This document shows, piece by piece, positions 43,801 through 58,100 of a stretch of DNA of 64,000 nt. A program made the translations under genes and the position numbers. How positions within the stretch are numbered: position 1 is the first letter of the stretch; every line of letters starts with the position of its first letter. Source of the DNA: a virus. Location: IMG/VR virus record IMGVR_UViG_3300045988_047070; one strand, written 5' to 3'. The notes under the pieces are model-generated. The model had not been told where the DNA came from. It saw only the letters and a list, made by a program, of their open reading frames with translations, and searched no databases.

Positions 43801-46112
43801 TTCTTTAGCCAATCTTTTCTAAACTTATATTTATTATTTTGATATACACCATATTTACGATCTCTAATTAAATATCCAGTCTTTTTACCATCTACATCCC
43901 TTTCAAATAAAAGGTTATGATCTCTTGTTTCTTTTGCTGCTTTATATAATTCAGCATACTTACGATAAACCTGTTTATGAGTCATAGAGTTAACATCCCC
44001 AATAACTTTTCTCAATAGTTTGATAACAAATTTAGGTGAGTTTACAGGAGTAGCAAAGAATCTATGATACCAATTTAAATCACCATCAAAAGTAAGCCAG
44101 TTCATCAGAGCTCTATCTATATTAGGATCTTTAGCTTCTTCCATTTCAGTACGCAAGAACTTTTCTACTGTTCTTCTAACTGAGTTCCCATACATGTAAC
44201 CAATGTTTTCTCTATCTATCATCTTTTTAGATGAGAATTCTCTAATCAATCCATCTACTACAGATAATATATTATCAAATTCATTAGTACCTAATATATT
44301 TTCATAAATATTCCTATTAAATTCTGTATTTAGCTCATTATAAAGTTTACGTAAATTACTCTCATGTGGGTATAAATACTCAGCACCAAAGTTATCTAAA
44401 GCAGTCCTTAGTTTAGTAAGTTCTTCAGTATCATTTGTTATCTGTGCAGTACTTATCTTTTCATCAATAGTTTTGATTACTCTTTCTGCTTCGTCCAGAC
44501 TGTATATTACATTATCTACATACTCTAGACTACCATTAAGGAAATTAGTAATGTTATTGACACCTTCTACATCTGTTATAGAATTCTGGATACTTCTAAG
44601 ACTAGATAGTAATTTGTCATTACGTAAATTTTCGTTTCTATCAAATTTATCTTCTATAACATTGTACCTTAAAGAAGCCACACGGTTCTCTGCTGTTTTA
44701 ACCATATCAGAGAATACAGATCTGAGTTTGATAGAAGCAATTTCTTCACGCTTACTGGCTGCTGGTAAAACATCGGGTATATAATCATAAGAATCTTCTC
44801 TTTGCTCTAGAGTTTGATATGCATTAAATTCAATAACATTATCTACTATTTTATTAATTAGATCTTGATGAGTAGTATTTTTACCAAACAATCTCTTAAA
44901 CCAATCAATAATCCTTTGAATTAATGTTTTTTCTCCTTTTGTAGCAGGGAAGTCAAACATATTGTGAATGACCTCAGGATTAGAAAATAGCTCTGCAGCA
45001 AACTCATATACATTCTTACTAGCATGGTCATCATGCTTTTCTGCATACTCTTTTTGAATCTTTCTAAGTTCATTCGCTGCTTCAGTATTTGAAGCTAACG
45101 AGTCTAGAGTAATAGCATGGGCTATTTCATGTAATAATACATTTTCTAATGAACCATATCTACTGAAATCACCATTTCTATTTACTACAATCGCGTTAGA
45201 TTTTCTGTCATATATAGCAGGTGTCCAGTAAGTAGCTTCAGGATACATTTCATTTAATGGTCTATCTATATATTCAATAGATACTGGCTGCATATTTATT
45301 TTACTAGCAACATCATTGAGTACAGTAGCCATTTCAGAATCCATATTATCTAATAGTTCTTTACTATTACTATAAGATTGCATAGATTCTAATTGACTTA
45401 TATTTTCTGTGTTACTATCTGCTAGATATATGTTATTCTCCTGAGTAGAGAATGTACCTTGATTATCTATTGATTTTACATTATTTGGATTATTTATAAC
45501 ATAAATATTTTGATTTAATTCTTGATTGTCATCAATACCGTGAAATATAGCAATATCTGCTTCTTCAGCTGCACGATTTATAGTTGCAGTAAAACTTTCT
45601 CCTTGTTTTTTTAAATCGTCTTTTGTACCAGTTTTTTCAATTACAGTATTAGCTTTTAAAAATACAGGAAATTTATATTCTCTATCTAAAACTGTGCCTT
45701 TTTTAGGATTTGCTGTACCAGTAAAGAATAAAGCTTTTTTCGTTCCGTTTTTGATTGTAGAAAAGTAGTTATCAAATTCTATAGAAAACTCGTTTATAGG
45801 AGAATTGGCGTGATGATATACTACTAAAGGTTCACCATTTTCATCTACTACTTTGGATTCACCAAACCATTCTTTAAAACTCTTAGAATAAGTTCTAGCT
45901 TTAGCTTGAATAGCAGCTACTCTATCACCATTATAATGCTCTAAAAGGTCTGAAAAGAGCTTAGATGGCTCCCCATTGGGAGCCTTATCTATGCCATTAC
46001 CATTGTTCTGCGACCATATATGATAAGCCGCTGCTTCACTAGTTGCATTTTTTAATTCTTCAAATTCTCTTGCAACTTCTTCATTTTTTAAATTAGGACA
46101 AATTATTTTCAT
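40821..46112 (-). CDS. giant virion/ejected polyvalent protein with a zincin-like HExxH motif
   Basis: 1763 aa. LLHEIAHAITL at aa 328-332 (45117-45131). Confidence 0.8.
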   Translation of the reverse strand: MKIICPNLKNEEVAREFEELKNATSEAAAYHIWSQNNGNGIDKAPNGEPSKLFSDLLEHYNGDRVAAIQAKARTYSKSFKEWFGESKVVDENGEPLVVYHHANSPINEFSIEFDNYFSTIKNGTKKALFFTGTANPKKGTVLDREYKFPVFLKANTVIEKTGTKDDLKKQGESFTATINRAAEEADIAIFHGIDDNQELNQNIYVINNPNNVKSIDNQGTFSTQENNIYLADSNTENISQLESMQSYSNSKELLDNMDSEMATVLNDVASKINMQPVSIEYIDRPLNEMYPEATYWTPAIYDRKSNAIVVNRNGDFSRYGSLENVLLHEIAHAITLDSLASNTEAANELRKIQKEYAEKHDDHASKNVYEFAAELFSNPEVIHNMFDFPATKGEKTLIQRIIDWFKRLFGKNTTHQDLINKIVDNVIEFNAYQTLEQREDSYDYIPDVLPAASKREEIASIKLRSVFSDMVKTAENRVASLRYNVIEDKFDRNENLRNDKLLSSLRSIQNSITDVEGVNNITNFLNGSLEYVDNVIYSLDEAERVIKTIDEKISTAQITNDTEELTKLRTALDNFGAEYLYPHESNLRKLYNELNTEFNRNIYENILGTNEFDNILSVVDGLIREFSSKKMIDRENIGYMYGNSVRRTVEKFLRTEMEEAKDPNIDRALMNWLTFDGDLNWYHRFFATPVNSPKFVIKLLRKVIGDVNSMTHKQVYRKYAELYKAAKETRDHNLLFERDVDGKKTGYLIRDRKYGVYQNNKYKFRKDWLKNHKLASIDELKLNPSLWIQYQKDYNDWKSENCERKYTPEFYAIFTNLSMEANMALSEVNLEIDNILKPYRDSNTNKPRFERMPIDEYQKYIRLLEKKRNLANPYDPITGELKPEGSVEAQIAAELTEAYAKLQEGLESKVDMDAFLEEMERMKNMEGYTPDGSNTLYSAWLERNTRWELTDEFKEKVSRQNKKDYGEIYDRLYQARYNLLRLYRTDKFEPDYTRMPQAVKDKIKELDIAMYNVRKRTKKTASSVRLFKSELSDIAKENGGKSAVSPDDIWVDDKGVKHYASYMTKVIPVRQQYMHRVPNSNWAETSEESKFYNKNYDNSIPETEQPKLSIKEYDNRKAYNAVMRDPALVNLRNVILDVMNEANDKITHSNYKNNYKLPQINGNIFNYWGNRGLITGTRNYMINAFGIQPDDEIHGVKVETRPNGTEINIMPTMYTTMLTDPASGTNDLIGAITKYYRMACNYENKKKVAPQLNLLDSLITNAGSIRQKGFTKPAASSKLADAVHTYIGYHIYGRRDILPEVTLKGYKISLDKVFEHFSRWGRDIGLSWNLRSAISGGVAAWSFYANDAFVRKHYNMHDFTIANSILTKELISLKVASQFGKNQANNKLIGALEYNGLTFNQEEDLSNTNRWRIGRMITRAAEPYSAFKLMSFLPNSAFTVSVYLNYKLIRLEDGQLHFISENDFLDNHFLNKSIEERKAIYRNAKDNLWNAYEMKDGFRVKPKYAPYVTAELEEEITAKLGSISSHAEGMVEEADKSGVHLLPALSTILMFRAFIPKNIENTISPMYWNYQTKELSMGTASAYFYGWKYGSDRNLIKLLRVLTGRNDEKLKELQEQYPDVDVKKQIDLHIRRFNAQIFTYFFWLTIFNLFGMGADDDDYWFTQFLRLELKKISLESGSRYNAMDVFDILNSITPLIQTFVDVNRVINPLSYLSSRKYEEIERGAYKGLKGWQRDFIKVIPILNAYYNMKNPREKLNDMINRIG

Positions 46113-46118
46113 ATATGA

Positions 46119-49100
46119 TTACTTTATACAATGATTCATTTCATCTGTAGGAAATTCATTCTCATTATTGAATTCATTAGTCTGTTCAGTCTGTTCAGTC
46201 TGTTCATTTTCAGAAGTAGAAGGTTGTTCAATAGTGTTTTCTACCACTTCACCATTTTCATCCATACTAGTATCTACTAATGGAGCTGAATCATTTTCAA
46301 CAGTACTAAACATATAATCAATTGTATTTCTTGAATAAAATACTCCACTTAATGGTTTACCACTTACCTTATTAGTTTGTGAATTAATTTTTGGTACAAT
46401 CTCATTGTTAATAATATCTGGAATATCTTCTAAGAAGTTATTATCATATTTAGCAAATCTTGGAGCAACATTATTACCCGGAATAATAGAGAATCTAGAT
46501 ATATATTTACTTCCAGTAGTATATGGAGATAAGTATTCAGATACAAACCCTTTACCACCTTGTCTAAATCCTTTCTTATTCACTAATATATATAATGGTT
46601 TATATGTTTTAGTTTTACCATTATCTTTAATAAATGTACCAACATATTTATATAGATTATATCCACCAGTAGCATTGTTATCTCTCATTTTAACATATGG
46701 ATGGTACAATGGAACATCAGTATCATCTTTACAAACATATCTTCTAGAAGATCCTTTAATAGCTACAGGAACTAATCTATTACCAACTTTTTCTCTATGA
46801 ATATAGATACCTTTAGTATTTGTATTTATTACAGGAACCATGTTATTATCTTGCCAGTTATTACGATAGATTTCATCTACATCATCTGGAGTGAACAGAT
46901 TAGAGAAATCATCTATATTTTTCTCTAAAGTTCTTACAGTTTCATAATAACCAAGTTCATCTAATACCCTAGTAGGTATAAAATCAAATAGAGAATTCAA
47001 GTGTTTAGTACCATGACCACTAAATACTGCATATCGAACTAAATCATAAGCTAAATCATGTAATTCTTGATTATCACTATCTAATAATTCTTGCCAGTAT
47101 TCTCTAATCTGTCTACTAGCATTAGAACTAATATCATCTGAATAATCTAAACGAACATAATCTATAGCTTTACCTGTGGTATCAGTTACACCAGTAATAC
47201 TATTAAGGAATAGATTACTAATTCTACCATTAGTGACGGAAATGATTGGATATTTACCACCTTTGGAAGCAGCATCAGAGATAATATCAGTTTTAATCCT
47301 ATTAATTCTCTTAGCAATGGTATTAGGACCAATGAATAGGTCTCTCAGCTCTTTCATACTATTAATTAATGGACTACTAGTACTATCATACAATGCATAA
47401 GCTCTCCAGTAAGAATCAATAGCATTAGTAAATGCTGTTACAGCTTGTTTATCTTTTACTTTGGAAAATCCACTAGCATTAATAAGAGATCTAAATACCC
47501 TATAGTACTCATCAGAAGATTGTATATTAATTTTACCAAGTAAATCCAATGTGAACTTGATACTATTATCTATCTTCTTTTGTAAGAATGTTTCCTTAAA
47601 GAATTTATTAATCATTTCTGATGTGAAATATGGACTAGTATAACAATCAGCAACATTCTGTAAGAAAGTTCTCATTTCAATAGAGTTCTTACCAAACTTC
47701 TTAGTATCTACTTGAGAAGCCTTTACAAGATCAGACATTGCCTGAGCCATAGGTTCTATTTCTTTGAATAACTTATATACAAGTATTTGTCCATAGTAAT
47801 AATCAAAATCTTTTTCTTTATCATTTGCTTTACGAAGAAGATTTTCTAAATAACCTAACTTTCCTTGTTCAGGAACCTCAAACAATACTTGATCTGTAAC
47901 TTGTTCATTCTTAAGCAAGAGATCAAGATTTTCTTTATCCTCATTGGATTTAGCTAAACTCTTTGCTTTAGTAACAAATTTATCATATACTGCTTTTTCC
48001 TTCTCTTGGAATCTTCTATAGAATGGTTTAGTGTTATCTATGCCATAAACTCCCCTACTCTGTATATAATCATTTGCAAGATCTTTCATGATCTCTTGTG
48101 AAACAAAATACATAGTATTCTTGCCAGCACCATTTCTTAATAAAAAGTTAGTAAGATTATAGGTAAATCCATTTACATTTAGTTTGATGATATAGTTATC
48201 CTTAGCAACGTCAACGTGAGCACTAATCAATGCAGATAACCAGTCTAGAATATGAATATCATCTACACCACTTACTTTATGCAAGTTACCTATATTCGGT
48301 AAGTACTCTGGAGATTGCATTACTAATTCAACTAACTGACCTAATACATGATGCGGGTTATTTAATGCAAATGGCCCAATACCACCTTTACTATCAGCAA
48401 AGTCTTGTTTTAAAGTATCTTGATATTCTTCTGTATACTCATATAAAGCAGCATCATTCTTTTTATCAGGGAAATACTTCTTTACAATACCGTTTTTCAT
48501 GATGTTAACAGGAACATCCAATGGTCTAGTAGTATCGTGAGTATTCTTAGAATCAAGTAATGAAGCCATAAATGTATCAATCAATAGGTTTTCTATAGCA
48601 CCCTGAGATTGTTCATTCATTGACTTATTATAATCAAATTCTGTCTTAGAAGATATATAAGGATAAACTTTATAGGTTGCGTCTGTAACATCATACACAA
48701 CATTAGAATTCTTACTTTTAAGATAATCATTAACTAATGTTGCCATATTCTGCGTTGATCTTCTTGTAACAGGCTCACCGTCTTTAATAGCTAAGATTTC
48801 ATCAGCATATTCATTAAATCCACTTAATGCTAATTCTTTTTCATCTTTAGTTGCTTCTCTTCCGGGTTTATTACTTCTACGAGAAGTATAATTATATCTT
48901 GTTAAGAATAACTTATCAATATCAAAGTCAGAACCAGTTCTTGCAGTAAACTCATCTGGTAATATAATTATATCTCCAGCTTGAGACATTACTACATCTT
49001 TAATAGTTAAAGCAGCGATAGAAGACATACCCTGAGTAGGTACACGATATGCCATTGCAGATGGTGAAGCATTTGGACCAATTATATTGTTATCCATTAA

Positions 49101-52100
49101 CCACTGCCTAGCTTGTAAGAATGACATATTTTCATATCCGGGGATTATGTGTTTCAATAGATTTATTGAAATAACACACTCCATAGATCTATCATCTGCA
49201 ATTAGTTTAAGTCTTTCACCATTATTGATTTGGTACTTAGAATATTGACCAGCTTCACTAGCTTTTACTTTATCAATGGATTTTAAACCAAAGGAAGACA
49301 TCTGTACGAATGTACCACCTGGTAGATTAATATCTACAGTTTCTTTGTTTACTGCGGATATAATCTTTGTGACTAATTGCTTAGCTACAGGAGAAGCAGA
49401 CAATGGAACTTTAAAATTACCAGTTTCATCAAGAGTAACTTGATCAATAATATCAGAATCCATATTAGATGAAATCATATCCCTTACTAATTTATCAGAT
49501 ATACCTTGCAGGTCTTTAAAAGAATATGTACCATCTTCATTCTTTTCAGCATGCAAATCCTTAAGAATTCTATTGAGTCCTCTATCTGATAAATTATCAA
49601 TAGCGTCCATTGCTAATTTAACTAGCTGTCTACCACTAACTTTCTTACCTTTTCTACCTGTAGTATCTTGGTCTACACCGCTACTAGAAGGAATAAAATA
49701 GTCTCCATCCAATCTAATATTTGAGAATACTGTCTTCATAGCCTGAGTAACCAACATACGCTTTTCAGCATCGTGGGCTTCAATAGGCATCTGATTAAGT
49801 AAGTTACCAAAATTCTGTTGTCTATATACAATAGGTTTAGAATAGGTTCCTTTATCATCCTTTTTGAATTCTTCTGTTATTTCATTTTGAGTAGCATCTG
49901 TATAGAAATCATACTCTTTGATATTACCTACTTTTACTGCGGATTTTGTAGTAAACATATCAATAGGATTATTAACATCATTCATCCTATCATACAATAC
50001 TCTTAAATCTCCAGTAGCTAGTACTTTAAATAACGGGAATATAGCCATCTTATTAAAGATAGGCATATTAATGAATTCACCGGGTATTGGTTGTAGTATT
50101 TCATTACCAAAGTATACCATCTTTTTAGGAGATAATACAGCAGATAATGTATTTACATATTTTCTGATATCACCTAAATCATCAGCATGCTGCTCTACAT
50201 AATCAATAGCTTCTTCTACTTTAGGATCTAATAAACCTTGACTAGCTAAGATAGCTTTATACATAGTAGGTGAACAGTATACAGATGCATCGGCTTGGTT
50301 AATTGGAGTTTCTTCTTCATTAACCTCAATATTACCTTCTTTATTCATCTTAATATCACCATACAATGATAAGTCACGCTCTGTACTCTCTTTAGCTTTA
50401 TCTTTGATACCTTGTGGTATACTCTCATTACTGAATAGATCACCAGATTCAAATACAGTATCAATGTATTCTTTGGTATATTTACCAGAGTTTTCCATTA
50501 ATTCCCTTACATATGCATCATAGATTGCTTTGTATAACTCTTTTGGTTGATTAGTACGCAACTCAACATCTTTTAATCCAGCCACATTATATCTACCTTG
50601 TTTATACCTAGCAACTTTATTCATTAAATGGTTAGGATCAGAGAAGTCTGTTCTAGGTCTATCACCAGTTGATAATGTACCAGCAAGACGTTTAGATACA
50701 TCAGGATAATTCTTAAAGAATGCTACATCTTTATACAGGATTTTTTCTGTTTCAAACATTGACACAAAGTTATTAACAGTAAATGTAGAAATAGCATCAT
50801 AAATAGCTATATGGTTCCTATTTAGTTCATTTTCCTTTCCTGCTAATGTAGCAATATCATTAGATAATTTATTAGCTCTGTCATTAATGGAACTTACAGG
50901 TAAGAATTTATTCTTATAATACCCATCAGTTGTTTTCTCAATTAGACCTAATCTTTGTATATAATCTAATTGTTTATCAACAAATACTCCTAATGTAGTA
51001 TTTAGATCTTCTTTCAATTGAGCAGTATTATTAAAATAATCCATTAATTCTTTATCACTCATTGAATTAAAAGATATGTATTGTACATTACCATCTCCAG
51101 TATAATGATATACACCACGAGCAATTCTAAACTTACCTCCTTTACCGTTATCCTCACCTCTTTTACCAAAGTACATGGTAGGTCTGTTGGAATCATCAAT
51201 CTTATCTTCTGCTAATTTCATTCTACGATACTGTAGAATTGCATCATATTCACTTCTGTAGTATTTATAGAATTGGTTTAATACATCATCAGAAAATCTC
51301 ATTTCAACATAATCGTCAACAGGAGTAATGTTTAAAGTACGACCTTTAAACATTTTTAATCCTTGAATTGGCATATATGTCTTTTTATCAGACATCGTAG
51401 GTAAGATAAGAATATCATTTTCAGAACATACAAATTTAGAAATAAATGTTTCTATTCTAGGAGCCGATTGATAATCTGTACCAGTATTACCAGAATTATA
51501 TTCTGTAATATTAAGTAAAGTACCTACAGTAAGCCTAGTATTAGGACTATTCTTTAATGTATTATAAACTAGTGAAGAAGAGTTAATAGGACATTTTAAT
51601 AATCTACTAACATAATTTCTATCATTATTAAGCTTCTTAATTTCCAAAGTAAGATAATTATGCTTAGATAACGGGTACACTGTAGTATTCTTAGGTCCTA
51701 ATACTTTCTCCTCTAGATTATTGTTATTAAGCTGATAATGAACAATAGCTAAGTTTAATATACTGTTTTCCCCAGTAAACACACCATCAATAGATCTTTT
51801 AATCCTATCATTAGGTTTGTCTTTAACAGGCCTACGCAAAATTTCAGGAATTGCTTTAGCTAAACTACCATCTCTATTACTAGATAATAACTCTTTAGCT
51901 GCTTGTAGTATTGTAGGCTTATTAACTGAATTGACTGACGATACCTTATCTACAATGGCTTGATACAAAGTATCAAAATTAATTGCAATACCAATCTTAT
52001 TATATATATCTACATAGCTATATAAGACTGCATTGAAATCTTCATTGCTAGTAGATTCATTCATTCTAGCTAACCTAGTATTTAATGTGTTGATATCATC

Positions 52101-55100
52101 TCTAATAGTCTTTAGTAACTCCATGTTAGGCTTACGATTACCTTCTGCATCAGTAATTACCATATTACTATTATAGAAGTTTCTATTCCAATCTGCAACT
52201 AGTCTTTTACCATTACGTAGATTAACACTACCACCTAAGTTGGCTATGTATTGAATAGTATCTGTTCCAATATTTTGGAATCCTACTGTAAGGAAGTTAT
52301 GCCTATAACCAGTAATAGTTTGAAATATTTGAGTTTGAAGATTAGAATCCTTTACTGAGGATAACTTATTATACACTGAAGCATAGAATGGATCGGTTTT
52401 TGCTAATTGAGCAGATTTCCTGATTAATCCATCATAAGTATCTTCATCAAATAATTTATCTACAATTCTTCTCCAAGCTGTAAGGAATGGTGTTACTCTA
52501 GGTATACCAGTTTCAGCATTCATATCTCTTACATAACTATCTGTAGCTTTATCGTATACACGATCTTCAATAGAAGATAAGAAAAGTTTTACAGCAGGTC
52601 TAATATTATGTAATACAGATACTTCGTAGGAAGCTTTATCATATTTATCAAAGTTTTCCTTTTCAATTTCACCACCATCTCTTTCCTCAGTTTCATCATA
52701 TTCCTGTTCTTCTTTTACTTGTCTTAAGCTTAAAGAATCAAGATAGGACTTAATATCTTTTTGGAATACATCAAAGTGCTCATATAATTCATTAGCAGCT
52801 GCTCTTTGCTCTGGTGTAGCATTATCATCATATGATAAATCCTCAAGTAGATCACGCATATCTTGGTAATCAATCTGTATTTTAGTAAGATCATCTACAA
52901 AAGATTGAGAACTTAATGATTGATTAATATAAGATATTGCAAAGAATTCTACAGCCTGATTATAGTTATCAAGAGATTTTATGTTTTGGAAAGTGTACCC
53001 ATGTTGAGTAAAGTTTACCCTATTTCTATAAGCTTTCTCAAATCTATCTTTAGCTTCTTGGCTTACTGGGATATTAGCATACTTACCTTCATATATGCCT
53101 CTAAAGATTTTAGTAGGAGTAGTTCTACCAAATAAAGACATAATGAAGTCTCGTAGTTTTTCAAACCACTTAGTAATCCTATAAGACTTTCTTGGAGTCT
53201 TATACATCATATACCCTCTAAATTCTTCTGCTAACGCTTCTTCTACATATTTATCAGATGCATTCTTAAGATTAGGATGAATTCTACGATACTCTTCATA
53301 TACTTTGTTTCTTTCTTGATCTGATAGTAATAATAGAGATACTCTATGGTATGCTTCGTGAAATTCTACACCAGATGGATCACTATTATATAACGTAATA
53401 CTATCTTTAGTCATATAAGATAAAGCTGTTGCGGGCATATCAGAAGATACAGCTGCATCAATTATATTAATCTCTGCATCTGTCATACCTAACTTTTGTT
53501 TCAAGAAGTTTTTAGCTTGCACCTTATTCAGTTTCTCCTTAGTAGTATATTTCTTATTAGGAGTGAAGTTTATTTTAACTTCTTTTTGGCTACCACCCAT
53601 ACTAGATAAATCGCTAAATGATCTACGTCTTCTAGATGGTTTAGGCGCTTCAGATTTAGGAGCTTCTTCTATTGCTGGAGTTGCTGTAGAATCAGGTATA
53701 GTTGTAGGCATATCCTGAGTCATACCATCTGCAATTACATATGGTCTTTCATATCTTCCTGCATTAAGATTAGATTTAATCATACCATTTCTTACCATCC
53801 AAGACAATAATGTATGATTCATATCTTCTCTAGTAAATACTATACCATCAAATAATTCCAATCTACCACCTGCCTTTTCAACACTACTGGCTAATCTACC
53901 AGAAAATAATAGATTCATTTTCATGTTAACTGCTAACTTATCATTCCCTTTTGAAGGAACCTTAAAAGGCATAGAACCATTAGACAATAACCAATCTTCA
54001 AAGTGCTTTCTCTCTTGCTCTTTTTGTGCAATAGATAAACCAGCTAATGATACTTCATTAATACCATAGTGTAATACACCAAATTGCCCTTTATTATCTA
54101 TATACAATTGTTTATTACGCAAATTAGCTTTTGCAGAATCACTAATGTCAGAGTCATTATTTACAGAAGTAGGTTCACCATAGTTTAAGAACATTTCAAT
54201 AATATCAGATGCAATTAAATCTGTATTATTTATATTCTGTCCACCCTTAAATCCGCTTCTAAACACTATAGTAGAGATTGCCTCTGCTAATTTAGGATAA
54301 GAGTTGAATCTTGCTAAAGATAATTTTAATGGTAATGGTCTACCGGATAATCTTTTTTTACCATCAATAATATAATACACACCACCAGAAGTAGTACCAA
54401 TAAAACCAGTATTATCACCTTCTACGGTAAATATAGTACTTGTACCTCTAACACCAGTACTATATCCAAAGTTATTGATCTCTTCATCTAGATTACCACT
54501 AAACTGAAATACATCTTTAAATTGTTTATCATTTACTGGTATCTCTTGAGAAATAGTACCTTCAATAGCATTATGCAGTAACAATCTAGTAGGAGTTACC
54601 TTTATTCTAGTATCTACCTTATTTAGTAAAGACCCATTTGAATCTTTCATTACAAACCTAGAGATAATTTCTTGTCTACGTTCCCGTAGTTTTCTTATCA
54701 TCTCAGGATATTCTTCTGGAGTAAGATTACGAATATTATTCGGGCTTCGCATTGCAACCCAATACCTTTTATTATTTTCAGTATTAGTAATTATTAATCC
54801 TACTCTGGCATAATCATAGGTATTAGGATCATTCCATTGTACTGTCTTCTTACGAATATTATCATAGTAAGGTGCTACAGAATATTCATAAGTAAGTTTA
54901 TCTTGTTTAGTTTTAAACAGCTTAGGTAATTCAGAGTTAGGAGAGAATTGAATTCTAGCACCGCCTAATTCTATAGTTTCACCAATATTAGCAGTAGGAG
55001 TATAATGGAAAGTATTTAAAATACCTAACTCACTATTCTCTGTGAATTCAGCTAATTCTGAATCACTAATAGCATCAGGTGGAACCGAACCGGGGGTTAC

Positions 55101-58100
55101 TGGTGTAGGTATAACTCCATCTTTGGTTGCATCGTTAACTTCTTCTTCAGTTAAATCTGCTGGTTGTGGATCAAACAAATCATCTACAGTAATCTCAGCG
55201 ACTTCTGCTGGTGTTGTCATTTTACCTCTAACATTCTCTGGCATATTGTAGTATGCAGTAGAATATGCTCCCTTAATAGCATCAAAATGTTGAGATAACT
55301 TTTCTCTATCCCTACCAATAGCTTCATACATATTCAATGCTACTTCTTTGAACTTGTATGCTCCTAAGTTAAATGCTTTACCAAGCATTGTCAAGAAAGC
55401 TTTGAATATTTTTGCTTGCTTTTCAGCTTGAGCAGCAGGATCAAATGCGAACCCTAAAGTATCATCCTCAAGAAGATCAAAGAAGTTTCTTGCTGCTTCA
55501 TTAAATTCTTCTCTAGCATTTGCAGTATCCTTTTTAGCCTGCTCAGTTTTAGTTGCTTTTGGTTTAGATTCTTTAGCTTTCTTTGATGTTTTAGTAGGTT
55601 CCTCAACAGCACCACCATATTCATTAAATACATCTTCAGTTTCTACACCACCTACTCCACCAGCAAATGGATCTTCATCTGCACCTAATATTTCATTAGT
55701 AGTTTCAACAGGTTCAGTTTTTGCACTGTCATTATTTTGAGGTTGAACTTCAGGTTCAACTTGTGGTTGTTGTTTTCTTTGAGTTAAACCAATATCTTGT
55801 CCTTCTGCAGCAGCTATAATAGCTTGATCTGCTTCACTTAATTCTTGAGATGCAATATTAGCTTGAGTAGGTCTAGCTGTTCTCCTTACTTGAGGAGTAG
55901 GTTTTTGCTCAACTTCTGGCGCTGCTTGTTGCTCAGTACGCATTGGGCCGGTAGGAGCAGTGACAGGCTTAGAAGGGACAACAGGTTTAGATGCTGTTTG
56001 TTGTTCAGTAACCCCTAGTGCACCTTCTGCAGCTTCTTTACTTTCAGCTTTTTTAGTTTGATATAAATCAAACATTTCACTAATAAGAGTGCCTCCTTGA
56101 TGCTCATGGATATTTCTTAAAGCAGTAAGCCTTAACTTTTTAGATTTCTTGTAAGGTTTAGTCTTACCTAATTCTATTATATTCTCTCTTTCTACTTCTT
56201 CAGTAGGAGTAATTCTACCATTATCTATACCATGAAATGAATTTAAGATCTCTCTATTCCTTTCTAACATTAATTCTGCTAATATACTATCTTCTGTAGC
56301 TTTGTTAAGACCAGATACATGTTCATTCATAGTAACGAACTGCATAGCTGTATCTACATTATTAATAGTATTAGCATTATTCTTATACCAAGATGGCATA
56401 CTCTTTAGAATAGATTTCTTTCTAGCATTTAGACGATATTTCATATCCTCTAATTTAGCCAAAGAGTATTGATTACCTCTGAACTCAGACTCATTTTTAC
56501 TTTCGTTCAATTGATTTATTGCTGTATCAATTTCAGTAATCATATTACTCATGATATTCAAATTTCTTTGCCTATCATAAATCTCTCTTAATTCGTCTTT
56601 AGATATAATTTCATCTTGAGTAGTAGCTGTATCATTAATTTGTCTATAAGCACTATCTATAGCAATTGTTAGGCTTTCCTCTGATATAGGATCGTTTACA
56701 AATTTATTCTTAGCATTATCTAATTCTTGTCTTCTTACTCTGGCATTTTGAATAGAAGAAGTGTACTCTTTTTCTGCTTGCATTGCAAGACCAACAAGTA
56801 TACCATATTCTTCTGTATCTTCTTCAATACCCATAGTCTTAGCTAAGGATTTCATTTGTTTACTCTTAGCTAAAGAGAAAGCTCTAGATGCAAATCTAGC
56901 TTCTTCTAATGCATCCTCTCTGTTAAATCCTTCTGGTAAGTTTTCTGTTTTACCATCAGCTAACATACTCCAAGCATTTACAATCTCAGCTTCATGCCCT
57001 TTTAGTTTACCACTAGCATAAGTTATTGCTTTCTCCATCTCTTCCTTAGAATTGATTTCATTTGCAGCTAACTCATTTACTCTATCCATCCCTTGTGTAT
57101 CTTTCACAAGAGAATAAGCACCTCTGACATTAACAGTACCTTGGATTGGAGATAACAGACTTGCAGCAGCTCCTAACTTAACATTATTCCAATATTCTGT
57201 ATCATTTTCATATAATGGGTTTTGATAGCCAAATGGACTTCCTAGGATGTTAGCTACAGTTGTAGCTTTCTCTTTATATGCTCCTACTAAGGATGACGCT
57301 AATCCCTCTATATCTAAATCAGAACTATCAAAGTCCCCACGCTTATAGGCTTGACCTGTAGTATATTGTGAACCTTCCTCAATTGCTTCATTAAATGCAG
57401 TTGCAGCATTACGCAATGCTAAATCCGTTCCAACATATGCTGCTTTTGCGGCTCTATTAGCCCATTTTTTTGTTGCAACATCAATTGCATTTCTACCTAA
57501 TACATACTTGGACATTTTCTTTTTAGCTTGACTAGCTGCTAATTCTCCTAACCCTTCAATAGGGTTCATTCCAAATGCAACTGTATTAAGACTTTTCCCA
57601 ATCCAACCATCTGCAATTTTTCCAAAGTAAGGAACCATAAGAGCATCTTCCGCTAAATTGCTTGCCCATGTGATAGCCATGTTTTGGGCAAAATCTCTGT
57701 CCAGACCTTGTCTTGCTTGAGATATAGCATTACTTAAAGATTGATCCTCTATTTGAATTTGACCGTCAAGAATCTTTTCAAACAATTTATCATCAGTAAG
57801 TTTGCTGAACTCTTCTGGTAAATCTTGTGATCTAGCAGCATTAACTACAGCTTGTACAGAACTACCGCTTTGACTTAATATATTAGATACTCTATCTCTA
57901 TAATCATCTGATACGTTAGCATTAGCTTCATTCTCAGCTTGCTTATAGTTAGAATATATCATCATAGCAGCATTACCTAGATCTAATGCAATGCTTAATG
58001 CTCCTGTAGCAGCTCCAATAGCACCACCTGCAAGAGTACCAGCTCCGGGAGCTACACTACCAGCAGCAGCTCCAGTTAATGCCATAGTACCTGCTTTCAA

